From the NCBI GenBank assembly GCA_002269645.1, contig NIVC01000039.1, positions 1-48,689 on the forward strand: a stretch of DNA of 48,689 bases, in the 5' to 3' direction. This document shows positions 28,043 to 41,205 of this stretch, in pieces. A program made the position numbers and the translations under genes. The DNA comes from Macrostomum lignano. Lineage: Eukaryota. The notes under the pieces were generated by a model. The model had not been told where the DNA came from and searched no databases. It saw nothing but the letters and a program-made list of their open reading frames with translations. Position 1 is the stretch's first letter; each line of letters begins with the position of its first letter.

Positions 28043-31000
28043 CCCAGTAAAAAAGGGTAGTCGGAATCCGATCGGAATGTCCGGTCGGAATTTGTCAGCA
28101 AAGTGGCTCGTGCAATCCGGTCGTTTTCTAGTCGGAGTTTTCCGATCGGAATGTGACGCTAATATCCGACTAAATTACGATTAGGTTGTATTTTTCAGAA
28201 TTTGCTTTTGCATCGGCTAGCTTGCGTAAAAAATAAACAAATCGGTTTTCAAAGTGCTTAGCAAAATAATACATTATTTAAAATATTATTCTGCTTGAAG
28301 AGTGAAGCACAATAATGATTGGCTATTTAATTTACTCAATGCATTGTATATTATGCAATTATAAAGATTACAGTAAGCAATTTCTGCACAACACGTCAAG
28401 AGAGTAACTGTATTACACGTGGATGCAAGGAAACATCAAGAAAGAGCATAATAATAATGCAATATATGCAGAAAATGAGTGCCGAAAACAAATAATAAAA
28501 TACAGAAAACAAATGCAGAATAATACAATAATATGATTGATGAACAACACATGAATGCAAAAAGCTAGCTAGCTAGATAAATGTTGTGAACCAAACGGCT
28601 GCATTATCAGTCAGCGAATTTACAGCCAGAGTCAGCACATGGTTTGTCATCACAGGTGGCGGCAGAGGCGCTTCATTGTCGCAATTGCTTCCCCCACTGA
28701 CACTCCACAAATGTTGGTCTGGAGCTCTTGCACTTTCAGACGCCATCGCAGAAGCTCTAAATGGCCTTTGATGCAATCCAGAGAACTCGGAGGATATGAT
28801 CCTGCATTTAGTAATTTAGAGAGTTAATGGCATGATCAGCAGACCAGTTGGGCACCTTCACTGTCATTAGAAAGATTTGGAAATAAAAAATAAGGAGAAT
28901 AGTTGTCTTCAGGCAAGGCAAGAAAAAACTTAACATTTGCAATCTTTAAAACTGGTATAAAAGCAATTGGAATATACTATAAGAATAAAAACACAAAGAA
29001 CACATACCCTTGAAGATCTCGCCAAAGTATGCTTGTACATATTCAAAGACAATTTGACCTTTGATCCTTGTTAGCTAGTCAGCTCTTCCAGGATCCTTTT
29101 CCCCAGTCTTGAACTGAACCTAGAGATCCCATCCATTATGTAGAATAGCAAACAGACTGTGGCACCTTTGCACTAATGCACCACATCTAGACCAGCAGTG
29201 TCTGAAATAGAAGCAGAAGCCATTGATAAGATAATAAAAGCTATAGCATGCTTAGTAAAGCTAGAACTAGGGGCCTAGTCTTAGTCTAACAGTGCTCTAT
29301 GATAACTAAGAGAAATAATATAAACAATAAAAAATTAATACTAGCATAATCAAAATGTACAATCATATTTACTATTATAAATAATGTATTCTAAGGATGT
29401 AATGTCCTGAGTATTTTTTATCTTATTGACCTGTTGTCTATTTGAACTTTCATTTGACATTGAGAGATATAGTATTTTATTTATCTAAATATACTAAATC
29501 TTAATATTTCTAAAGGCAAAATTAAAAGACCAAATTAGTCTAAGTCTTAGCTAGGGTCTGGATTGTGTAATAGTGTAAGTGTATGCTAGAACAAGAATCT
29601 TATCTTAGCTAAATGTATGCCAGTGTATGCCAAAAACAAAAAAATCATTAAAATATAAACTAAAAAAGCCTCTTAAAAAGGTCATTTGGTTTTCACAAGT
29701 TGAGTTTCCTAAGAAAAGTTTTTGTATGAAAAGTATTCTTTAAAATATTATAAATATTTTCATTTTAGACAAACTTAATTGTACCTATAAAAATAATGAT
29801 GCAACATTTACATTTAATAATAATTTTACTATTCTAAATCATTTTTAATTATAAAGAAGTAGAAAGTTTATTATTAATTTCAAGAGTATACAAATATTTC
29901 AATATTTCTTTATTTTACATAAAAACATTAATTTACATTGAAATTTTCATGCTCAACATAAATTTATTCACCAAAAGTTGTAGGCCAAAAATGGATGTGA
30001 ATTTGTATACCAAAATTTGTATGCCAAAAAATGTATAAATTGTACACCAAAATTTGTATGCCAACTTTAAAATGAGTTAGTTGACATTTGCATATCCAAA
30101 TTTTCTGACATACATGTAACATTCCAGGGTCTAGAGTCTTAGTTTAATTGGAGTTCTAGAGTTCTAAGCATAGAAATGTTTTATAAGCAAGTGTAAATAG
30201 CTATTGACATGTGGCCTATATTATTTACTTACTAGGCCTAGTCTATAATATAAATAATAAGTTAATAATTCTTCATTATAATACTTAAAAGAGTCTTATC
30301 TAAAAGCAAATTATAATATACAATTGTAAACTATAGACATTATTCAATTACTTTGCTTAAATGCCTTAGCCTAAACAAATGTCTATTGATTGTTAGGTAT
30401 ATTGAGTAAACCTAATAAGACACACTAAATGTCTAAAGTAAGTTTAACTAGGGCCTGGCCAAGGCCCTATATTTTTAGATTCAATGACTAAAAGCCTAAA
30501 ACTAGGTAGTATTAATTTCATATATAAGAAAAACAAGGTATAAGTTGTAGTTGTAGTTAAATGAAAATACTGCTTTAAAGACAATCTTGAGAAAAATGTG
30601 TAGCAAAATAGGCTAGGCCTAGGCCCTAGTAAAGTAGGAATTGCAATAGGAGTAGGCCTAGGAGTATTGCAATTAGCAATAATTAATAAGATAGTGGTTA
30701 GGCATTAAGTAGTAGGTTTTTAATAACCATTTAGTAATATTTTTTGCCAGTGCCAGTGCTAGTGCCAGTGGAAAGACGCTATAAGCAAAAATATAACGAA
30801 TAGGTTATATAGAGAGGAAGGTAAAAAATATATCGCTTTTTAAATACTTTCGATATAAATTGGATGGCCAGCATTTTTTTGTGGCATCAAAACAAAAACT
30901 GAATTATTGTAGTAATTTTTTGTATCATTAAGGTATATTCTGCACATTCTGGCAATACATAAAAGCAAGAAAACACGTTTAGTACAGCACATGCGTTATG

Positions 31001-31202
31001 AATATGGCTGTATCGGAAAGTAGGAAGAAAAATGAGTACAAATTCCGATCGGAAGAAGAAGAGATGGTTTCCGACTAATTTCCGATTGCGCAAATATAGC
31101 GCGAAAAACATTTTCTTGTATTACTTTATGCTACGTGTATAACATTTACCGACCGATATTCCGATCGATATTCCTATCGATATTCCGACCGATATTTTAG
31201 TG
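28043..31202. mobile_element. Possible non-autonomous CACTA/EnSpm-like DNA transposon remnant
   Basis: Starts CCCAGTAAAAAA. Clusters of TCGGAA/TTCCGA subterminal motifs sit at about 28060-28170 and 31010-31195, with an AT-rich interior. The terminal match (CCCAGTAAAA vs CACTAAAA) is poor and no TSD is clear. Confidence 0.35.
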
Positions 31203-31538
31203 TACTAAAACAAAGTTTACAGCAACTAGATTTTCCATTTTTTTGCTAAAAATTACTATTACAAACAAATTAGTTTTGTTTTTTATTATTTCGTATTCAT
31301 AAAAAACAATTATTTCAGAACACATTTACGTATCATAAAATGCAGCTTATCGTTGATGAGGACTTTAATTTCAACACTAATATACCATAAAAAAACATTT
31401 TTCAATGACTCCACCTTCAAATTAACTGCTGAAGTCTAGAAGAGTGCATGAAAAATATAAAGCTTTAACAGTTCTTGTTAAACATAAAACGCAACATAAT
31501 AAAATGTTTTAACAGTACGAGATATTAGCTGCAAGAAG

Positions 31539-34500
31539 GCCGAATTCAACTACTGTCGGGACGAAGCATTAACTGTCGGGACAAAGCATAAACTGTCGGG
31601 ACGAAGCATTAACTGTCGGGATATGGCCGAATTTAACTGTCGGGATGAAGCATTAACTGTCGGGACAAAGCATTAACTGTCGGGACGAAGCATTAACTGT
31701 CGGGATATGGCCGAATTTAACTGTCGGGATGAAGCATTAACTGTCGGGACAAAGCATTAACTGTCGGGACGAAGCATTAACTGTCGGGATATGGCCGAAT
31801 TTAACTGTCGGGATGAAGCATTAACTGTCGGGACAAAGCATTAACTGTCGGGACGAAGCATTAACTGTCGGGATATGGCCGAATTTAACTGTCGGGATGA
31901 AGCATTAACTGTCGGGACAAAGCATTAACTGTCGGGACGAAGCATTAACTGTCGGGATATGGCCGAATTTAACTGTCAGGACGAAGCATTAACTGTCGGG
32001 ACGAATCATTAACTGTCGGGATATGGCCGAATATAACTGTCGGGACAAAGCATTAACTGTCGGGATATGGCCGAATTTTACTGTCGGGACGAAGCATTAA
32101 CTGTCGGGACAAAGCATAAACTGTCGGGACGAAGCATTAACTGTCGGGACGAAGCATTAACTGTCGGGACGAAGCATTAACTGTCGGGACAAAGCATTAA
32201 CTGTCGGGACGAAGCATTAACTGTAGGGATATGGCCGAATTTAACTGTCGGGACGAAGCATTAACTGTCGGGACGAAGCATTAACTGTCGGGATATGGCC
32301 GAATTTTACTGTCGGGACGAAGCATTAACTGTCGGGATATGGCCGAATTTAACTGTCGGGACGAAGCATTAACTGTCGGGACAAAGCATAAACTGTCGGA
32401 CGAAGCATTAACTGTCGGGATATGGCCGAATTTAACTGTCGGGACGAAGCATTAACTGTCGGGATATGGCCGAATTTTACTGTCGGGACGAAGCATTAAC
32501 TGTCGGGATATGGCCGAATTTAACTGTCGGGATGAAGCATTAACTGTCGGGACAAAGCATTAACTGTCGGGACGAAGCATTAACTGTCGGGATATGGCCG
32601 TATTTAACTGTCGGGATGAAGCATTAACTGTCGGGACAAAGCATTAACTGTCGGGACGAAGCATTAACTGTCGGGATATGGCCGAATTTAACTGTCAGGA
32701 CGAAGCATTAACTGTCGGGACGAATCATTAACTGTCGGGATATGGCCGAATATAACTGTCGGGACAAAGCATTAACTGTCGGGATATGGCCGAATTTTAC
32801 TGTCGGGACGAAGCATTAACTGTCGGGACAAAGCATAAACTGTCGGGACGAAGCATTAACTGTCGGGACGAAGCATTAACTGTCGGGACGAAGCATTAAC
32901 TGTCGGGACGAAGCATTAACTGTCGGGACGAAGCATTAACTGTAGGGATATGGCCGAATTTAACTGTCGGGACGAAGCATTAACTGTCGGGACGAAGCAT
33001 TAACTGTCGGGATATGGCCGAATTTTACTGTCGGGACGAAGCATTAACTGTCGGGATATGGCCGAATTTAACTGTCGGGACGAAGCATTAACTGTCGGGA
33101 CAAAGCATAAACTGTCGGGACGAAGCATTAACTGTCGGGATATGGCCGAATTTAACTGTCGGGATGAAGCATTAACTGTCGGGACAAAGCATTAACTGTC
33201 GGGACGAAGCATTAACTGTCGGGACGAAGCATTAACTGTCGGGACGAAGCATTAACTGTCGGGACAAAGCATTAACTGTCGGGACGAAGCATTAACTGTA
33301 GGGATATGGCCGAATTTAACTGTCGGGACGAAGCATTAACTGTCGGGACGAAGCATTAACTGTCGGGATATGGCCGAATTTAACTGTCGGGACGAAGCAT
33401 TAACTGTCGGGATATGGCCGAATTTAACTGTCGGGATCAAGCATTAACTGTCGGGACAAAGCATTAACTGTCGGGACGAAGCATTAACTGTCGGGACAAA
33501 GCATTAACTGTCGGGACGAAGCATTAACTGTAGGAATATGGCCGAATTTAACTGTCGGGACGAAGCATTAACTGTCGGGACGAAGCATTAATTGTCGGGA
33601 TATGGCCGAATTTAACTGTCAGGACGAAGCATAAACTGTCGGGACGAAGCATTAACTGTCGGGATATGGCCGAATTTTACTGTCGGGACGAAGCATTAAC
33701 TGTCGGGACAAAGCATAAACTGTCGGGACGAAGCATTAACTGTCGGGACGAAGCATTAACTGTCGGGACGAAGCATTAACTGTCGGGACAAAGCATTAAC
33801 TGTCGGGACGAAGCATTAACTGTAGGGATATGGCCGAATTTAACTGTCGGGACGAAGCATTAACTGTCGGGACGAAGCATTAACTGTCGGGATATGGCCG
33901 AATTTTACTGTCGGGACGAAGCATTAACTGTCGGGATATGGCCGAATTTAACTGTCGGGACGAAGCATTAACTGTCGGGACAAAGCATAAACTGTCGGGA
34001 CGAAGCATTAACTGTCGGGATATGGCCGAATTTAACTGTCGGGATGAAGCATTAACTGTCGGGACAAAGCATTAACTGTCGGGACGAAGCATTAACTGTC
34101 GGGACGAAGCATTAACTGTCGGGACGAAGCATTAACTGTCGGGACAAAGCATTAACTGTCGGGACGAAGCATTAACTGTAGGGATATGGCCGAATTTAAC
34201 TGTCGGGACGAAGCATTAACTGTCGGGATATGGCCGAATTTAACTGTCGGGACGAAGCATTAACTGTCGGGATATGGCCGAATTTAACTGTCAGGACGAA
34301 GCATAAACTGTCGGGACGAAGCATTAACTGTCGGGATATGGCCGAATTTTACTGTCGGGACGAAGCATTAACTGTCGGGACAAAGCATAAACTGTCGGGA
34401 TATGGCCGAATTTAACTGTCAGGACGAAGCATAAACTGTCGGGACGAAGCATTAACTGTCGGGATATGGCCGAATTTTACTGTCGGGACGAAGCATTAAC

Positions 34501-37500
34501 TGTCGGGACAAAGCATAAACTGTCGGGACGAAGCATTAACTGTCGGGACGAAGCATTAACTGTCGGGACGAAGCATTAACTGTAGGGATATGGCCGAATT
34601 TAACTGTCGGGACGAAGCATTAACTGTAGGGATATGGCCGAATTTAACTGTCGGGACGAAGCATTAACTGTCGGGACGAAGCATTAACTGTCGGGATATG
34701 GCCGAATTTAACTGTCGGGACGAAGCATTAACTGTCGGGATATGGCCGAATTTAACTGTCGGGATCAAGCATTAACTGTCGGACAAAGCATTAACTGTCG
34801 GGATATGGCCGAATTTAACTGTCAGGACGAAGCATAAACTGTCGGGACGAAGCATTAACTGTCGGGATATGGCCGAATTTTACTGTCGGGACGAAGCATT
34901 AACTGTCGGGACAAAGCATAAACTGTCGGGACGAAGCATTAACTGTCGGGACGAAGCATTAACTGTCGGACGAAGCATTAACTGTCGGGACAAAGCATTA
35001 ACTGTCGGGACGAAGCATTAACTGTAGGGATATGGCCGAATTTAACTGTCGGGACGAAGCATTAACTGTCGGGACGAAGCATTAACTGTCGGGATATGGC
35101 CGAATTTTACTGTCGGGACGAAGCATTAACTGTCGGGATATGGCCGAATTTAACTGTCGGGACGAAGCATTAACTGTCGGGACAAAGCATAAACTGTCGG
35201 GACGAAGCATTAACTGTCGGGATATGGCCGAATTTAACTGTCGGGATGAAGCATTAACTGTCGGGACAAAGCATTAACTGTCGGGACGAAGCATTAACTG
35301 TCGGGACGAAGCATTAACTGTCGGGACGAAGCATTAACTGTCGGGACAAAGCATTAACTGTCGGACGAAGCATTAACTGTAGGGATATGGCCGAATTTAA
35401 CTGTCGGGACGAAGCATTAACTGTCGGGACGAAGCATTAACTGTCGGGATATGGCCGAATTTAACTGTCGGGACGAAGCATTAACTGTCGGGATATGGCC
35501 GAATTTAACTGTCGGGATCAAGCATTAACTGTCGGGACAAAGCATTAACTGTCGGGACGAAGCATTAACTGTCGGGACAAAGCATTAACTGTCGGGACGA
35601 AGCATTAACTGTAGGAATATGGCCGAATTTAACTGTCGGGACGAAGCATTAACTGTCGGGACGAAGCATTAATTGTCGGGATATGGCCGAATTTAACTGT
35701 CAGGACGAAGCATAAACTGTCGGGACGAAGCATTAACTGTCGGGATATGGCCGAATTTTACTGTCGGGACGAAGCATTAACTGTCGGGACGAAGCATTAA
35801 CTGTCGGGATATGGCCGAATTTAACTGTCGGGACGAAGCATTAACTGTCGGGACAAAGCATTAACTGTCGGGACGAAGCATTAACTGTCGGGATATGGCC
35901 GTATTTAACTGTCGGGATGAAGCATTAACTGTCGGGACAAAGCATTAACTGTCGGGACGAAGCATTAACTGTCGGGATATGGCCGAATTTAACTGTCAGG
36001 ACGAAGCATTAACTGTCGGGACGAATCATTAACTGTCGGGATATGGCCGAATATAACTGTCGGGACAAAGCATTAACTGTCGGGATATGGCCGAATTTTA
36101 CTGTCGGGACGAAGCATTAACTGTCGGGACGAAGCATTAACTGTCGGGATATGGCCTAATTTAACTGTCAGGACGAAGCATTAACTGTCGGGACGAAGCA
36201 TTAACTGTCGGGATATGGCCGAATTTTACTGTCGGGACGAAGCATTAACTGTCGGGACGAAGCATTAACTGTCGGGACGAAGCATTAACTGTCGGGATAT
36301 GGCCGAATTTAACTGTCGGGACGAAGCATTAACTGTCGGGACAAAGCATAAACTGTCGGGACGAAGCATTAACTGTCGGGATATGGCCGAATTTAACTAT
36401 CGGGACGAAGCATTAACTGTCGGGACGAAGCATTAACTGTCGGGACGAAGCATTAACTGTCGGGACGAAGCATTAACTGTCGGGACGAAGCATTAACTGT
36501 CGGGATATGGCCGAATTTAACTGTCGGGACGAAGCATTAACTGTCGGGACAAAGCATAAACTGTCGGGACGAAGCATTAACTGTCGGGATATGGCCGAAT
36601 TTAACTGTCGGGATGAAGCATTAACTGTCGGGACAAAGCATTAACTGTCGGGACGAAGCATTAACTGTCGGGACGAAGCATTAACTGTCGGGACGAAGCA
36701 TTAACTGTCGGGATATGGCCGAATTTTACTGTCGGGACGAAGCATTAACTGTCGGGACGAAGCATTAACTGTCGGGACGAAGCATTAACTGTCGGGATAT
36801 GGCCGAATTTAACTGTCGGGACGAAGCATTAACTGTCGGGACAAAGCATTAACTGTCGGGACGAAGCATTAACTGTCGGGATATGGCCGAATTTAACTGT
36901 CAGGACGAAGCATTAACTGTCGGGACGAATCATTAACTGTCGGGATATGGCCGAATATAACTGTCGGGACAAAGCATTAACTGTCGGGATATGGCCGAAT
37001 TTTACTGTCGGGACGAAGCATTAACTGTCGGGACAAAGCATTAACTGTCGGACAAAGCATTAACTGTCGGGACGAAGCATTAACTGTAGGGATATGGCCG
37101 AATTTAACTGTCGGGACGAAGCATTAACTGTCGGGACGAAGCATTAACTGTCGGGATATGGCCGAATTTAACTGTCGGGACGAAGCATTAACTGTCGGGA
37201 TATGGCCGAATTTAACTGTCGGGATCAAGCATTAACTGTCGGGACAAAGCATTAACTGTCGGGACGAAGCATTAACTGTCGGGACGAAGCATTAACTGTC
37301 GGGACGAAGCATTAACTGTCGGGACAAAGCATTAACTGTCGGGACGAAGCATTAACTGTAGGGATATGGCCGAATTTAACTGTCGGGACGAAGCATTAAC
37401 TGTCGGGACGAAGCATTAACTGTCGGGATATGGCCGAATTTAACTGTCGGGACGAAGCATTAACTGTCGGGATATGGCCGAATTTAACTGTCGGGATCAA

Positions 37501-40262
37501 GCATTAACTGTCGGGACAAAGCATTAACTGTCGGGACGAAGCATTAACTGTCGGGACAAAGCATTAACTGTCGGGACGAAGCATTAACTGTAGGAATATG
37601 GCCGAATTTAACTGTCGGGACGAAGCATTAACTGTCGGGACGAAGCATTAATTGTCGGGATATGGCCGAATTTAACTGTCAGGACGAAGCATAAACTGTC
37701 GGACGAAGCATTAACTGTCGGGATATGGCCGAATTTTACTGTCGGGACGAAGCATTAACTGTCGGGACGAAGCATTAACTGTCGGGATATGGCCGAATTT
37801 AACTGTCGGGACGAAGCATTAACTGTCGGGACAAAGCATTAACTGTCGGGACGAAGCATTAACTGTCGGGATATGGCCGTATTTAACTGTCGGGATGAAG
37901 CATTAACTGTCGGGACAAAGCATTAACTGTCGGGACGAAGCATTAACTGTCGGGATATGGCCGAATTTAACTGTCAGGACGAAGCATTAACTGTCGGGAC
38001 GAATCATTAACTGTCGGGATATGGCCGAATATAACTGTCGGGACAAAGCATTAACTGTCGGGATATGGCCGAATTTTACTGTCGGGACGAAGCATTAACT
38101 GTCGGGACGAAGCATTAACTGTCGGGATATGGCCTAATTTAACTGTCAGGACGAAGCATTAACTGTCGGGACGAAGCATTAACTGTCGGGATATGGCCGA
38201 ATTTTACTGTCGGGACGAAGCATTAACTGTCGGACGAAGCATTAACTGTCGGGACGAAGCATTAACTGTCGGGATATGGCCGAATTTAACTGTCGGGACG
38301 AAGCATTAACTGTCGGGACAAAGCATAAACTGTCGGGACGAAGCATTAACTGTCGGGATATGGCCGAATTTAACTATCGGGACGAAGCATTAACTGTCGG
38401 GACGAAGCATTAACTGTCGGGACGAAGCATTAACTGTCGGGACGAAGCATTAACTGTCGGGACGAAGCATTAACTGTCGGGATATGGCCGAATTTAACTG
38501 TCGGGACGAAGCATTAACTGTCGGGACAAAGCATAAACTGTCGGGACGAAGCATTAACTGTCGGGATATGGCCGAATTTAACTGTCGGGATGAAGCATTA
38601 ACTGTCGGGACAAAGCATTAACTGTCGGGACGAAGCATTAACTGTCGGGACGAAGCATTAACTGTCGGGACGAAGCATTAACTGTCGGGATATGGCCGAA
38701 TTTTACTGTCGGGACGAAGCATTAACTGTCGGGACGAAGCATTAACTGTCGGGACGAAGCATTAACTGTCGGGATATGGCCGAATTTAACTGTCGGGACG
38801 AAGCATTAACTGTCGGGACAAAGCATTAACTGTCGGGACGAAGCATTAACTGTCGGGATATGGCCGAATTTAACTGTCAGGACGAAGCATTAACTGTCGG
38901 GACGAATCATTAACTGTCGGGATATGGCCGAATATAACTGTCGGGACAAAGCATTAACTGTCGGGATATGGCCGAATTTTACTGTCGGGACGAAGCATTA
39001 ACTGTCGGGACAAAGCATTAACTGTCGAGACGAAGCATTAACTGTCGGGACGAAGCATTAACTGTCGGGACAAAGCATTAACTGTCGGGACGAAGCATTA
39101 ACTGTAGGGATATGGCCGAATTTAACTGTCGGGACGAAGCATTAACTGTCGGGACGAAGCATTAACTGTCGGGATATGGCCGAATTTAACTGTTGGGACG
39201 AAGCATTAACTGTCGGGATATGGCCGAATTTAACTGTCGGGATCAAGCATTAACTGTCGGGACAAAGCATTAACTGTCGGGACGAAGCATTAACTGTCGG
39301 GACAAAGCATTAACTGTCGGGACGAAGCATTAACTGTAGGGATATGGCCGAATTTAACTGTCGGGACGAAGCATTAACTGTCGGACGAAGCATTAACTGT
39401 CGGGATATGGCCGAATTTAACTGTCAGGACGAAGCATAAACTGTCGGGACGAAGCATTAACTGTCGGGATATGGCCGAATTTTACTGTCGGGACGAAGCA
39501 TTAACTGTCGGGACGAAGCATTAACTGTCGGGATATGGCCGAATTTAACTGTCGGGACGAAGCATTAACTGTCGGGACAAAGCATTAACTGTCGGGACGA
39601 AGCATTAACTGTCGGGATATGGCCGAATTTAACTGCCGGGATGAAGCATTAACTGTCGGACGAAGCATTAACTGTCGGGACGAAGCATTAACTGTCGGAC
39701 GAAGCATTAACTGTCGGGATATGGCCGAATTTAACTGTCGGGATGAAGCATTAACTGTCGGGACAAAGCATTAACTGTCGGGACGAAGCATTAACTGTCG
39801 GGATATGGCCGAATTTTACTGTCGGGACGAAGCATTAACTGTCGGGACGAAGCATTAACTGTCGGGATATGGCCGAATTTAACTGTCGGGACAAAGCATT
39901 AACTGTCGGGACGAAGCATTAACTGTCAGGACGAAGCATTAACTGTCGGGACGAATCATTAACTGTCGGGATATGGCCGAATATAACTGTCGGGACAAAG
40001 CATTAACTGTCGGGATATGGCCGAATTTTACTGTCGGGACGAAGCATTAACTGTCGGGATATGGCCGAATTTTACTGTCGGGACGAAGCATTAACTGTCG
40101 GGATATGGCCGAATTTAACTGTCAGGACGAAGCATTAACTGTCGGCACGAAGCAATGACTGTCGGGATATGGCCGAATATAACTGTCGGGAAAAAGCATT
40201 AACTGTCGGGATATGGCCAAATTTTACTGTCGGACGAAGCATTAACTGTCGGGACGAAGCAT
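31539..40262. repeat. 8.7-kb satellite array of two monomers sharing TTAACTGTCGGGA: 20-bp A (+CGAAGCA, CAAAGCA or TGAAGCA) and 24-bp B (+TATGGCCGAAT), roughly 400 monomers
   Basis: Continuous periodic sequence; monomer count estimated from length. Confidence 0.98.
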
Positions 40263-40748
40263 GGGTGACCCCTTATCTGTCAACTGGTTCAGTAGCTGAA
40301 TTAGGCGCACACTTTTGCTCATTTTGTTTAGTAGTGCTGTTGCTGAGGCAGAAGTCATTCAATAATACTGCTAGTAGTCTGAAACTCTAATTCAATGTGA
40401 AGTGTGAAGTGATTTAAGAAGGTTAAATCTAACAGTTATTTTAATCGGTTTTATTTCTTTGTTTGCCGATGGCTCAGATGAGTAGCTAAGCTAGTAGGCG
40501 CCGGTCACAGTGGACAAATGGCAAGGCAGTTCTCAGTCTATCTATCAAATCAGTGAGCAAAACTGCCAGAAGTGCAGAATCGGCGCCAGAGATGTACTCT
40601 GTGCACTTTAGGTTCGCCAAGCGGCTCGGGTAATGAATCATGCGAGGTCTCTGAAGTTCGAGTTAGCCTATTATCAGCGCTAGGAGAGGCTAGTTGGCGC
40701 GTTGAAGGCCAAAAGTACACATCTTCGTATTTAGCAATGTAATAGTAC

Positions 40749-41205
40749 ATGTAGCTACCCCATAGACTCGCCACTGCAAGAATCCGCTGCTCAAGTCCCC
40801 TCTGTACCTGCATGGCCAATGCGATCCAGTCCCAGCAGTGTCCCTTATCATCGGCTATGACTTCGAGATTGACAACAAAAAGACACTAGGGAAGGTAAGT
40901 GCAAAGCCCCTTCTAGTCGGAAGCCCGATTTCGAGAGCCCCGGTGTGGTGAGCCAGGGCGTACGGGATGGTGGCAGCGAGTTAGCTAATCTGCGGATTAA
41001 GTGATTTATACCTTCAAATTCTCCCTGCTCGTCCCTCGCTGTCCCTCTCTTAGCTATAGGACCTAGACTGCTCGCCACACGATCAAGCTACCATGGGGCT
41101 GACCATCTGACAGGAGTGGGGGGGGCCAGGTCTCTAAGTGATTTATTTCTGAGCCTGAGGCCCGAAGGCTTCCCTAACAAGGAGCCCGAAGGTCGAAACC
41201 CATCA
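40749..41205 (+). repeat. Dispersed ~450-bp repeat, copy 2 (inverted relative to 27600-28042)
   Basis: ATGTAGCTACCCCATAG...GGTCGAAACCCATCA matches the reverse complement of copy 1. Confidence 0.92.

Noticed and set aside
31539-40262. CRISPR-like look (constant core plus variable segment)
   Set aside because: The variable parts are only 7-11 bp and come from a handful of recurring variants rather than unique spacers; there are no cas genes and the context is eukaryotic.
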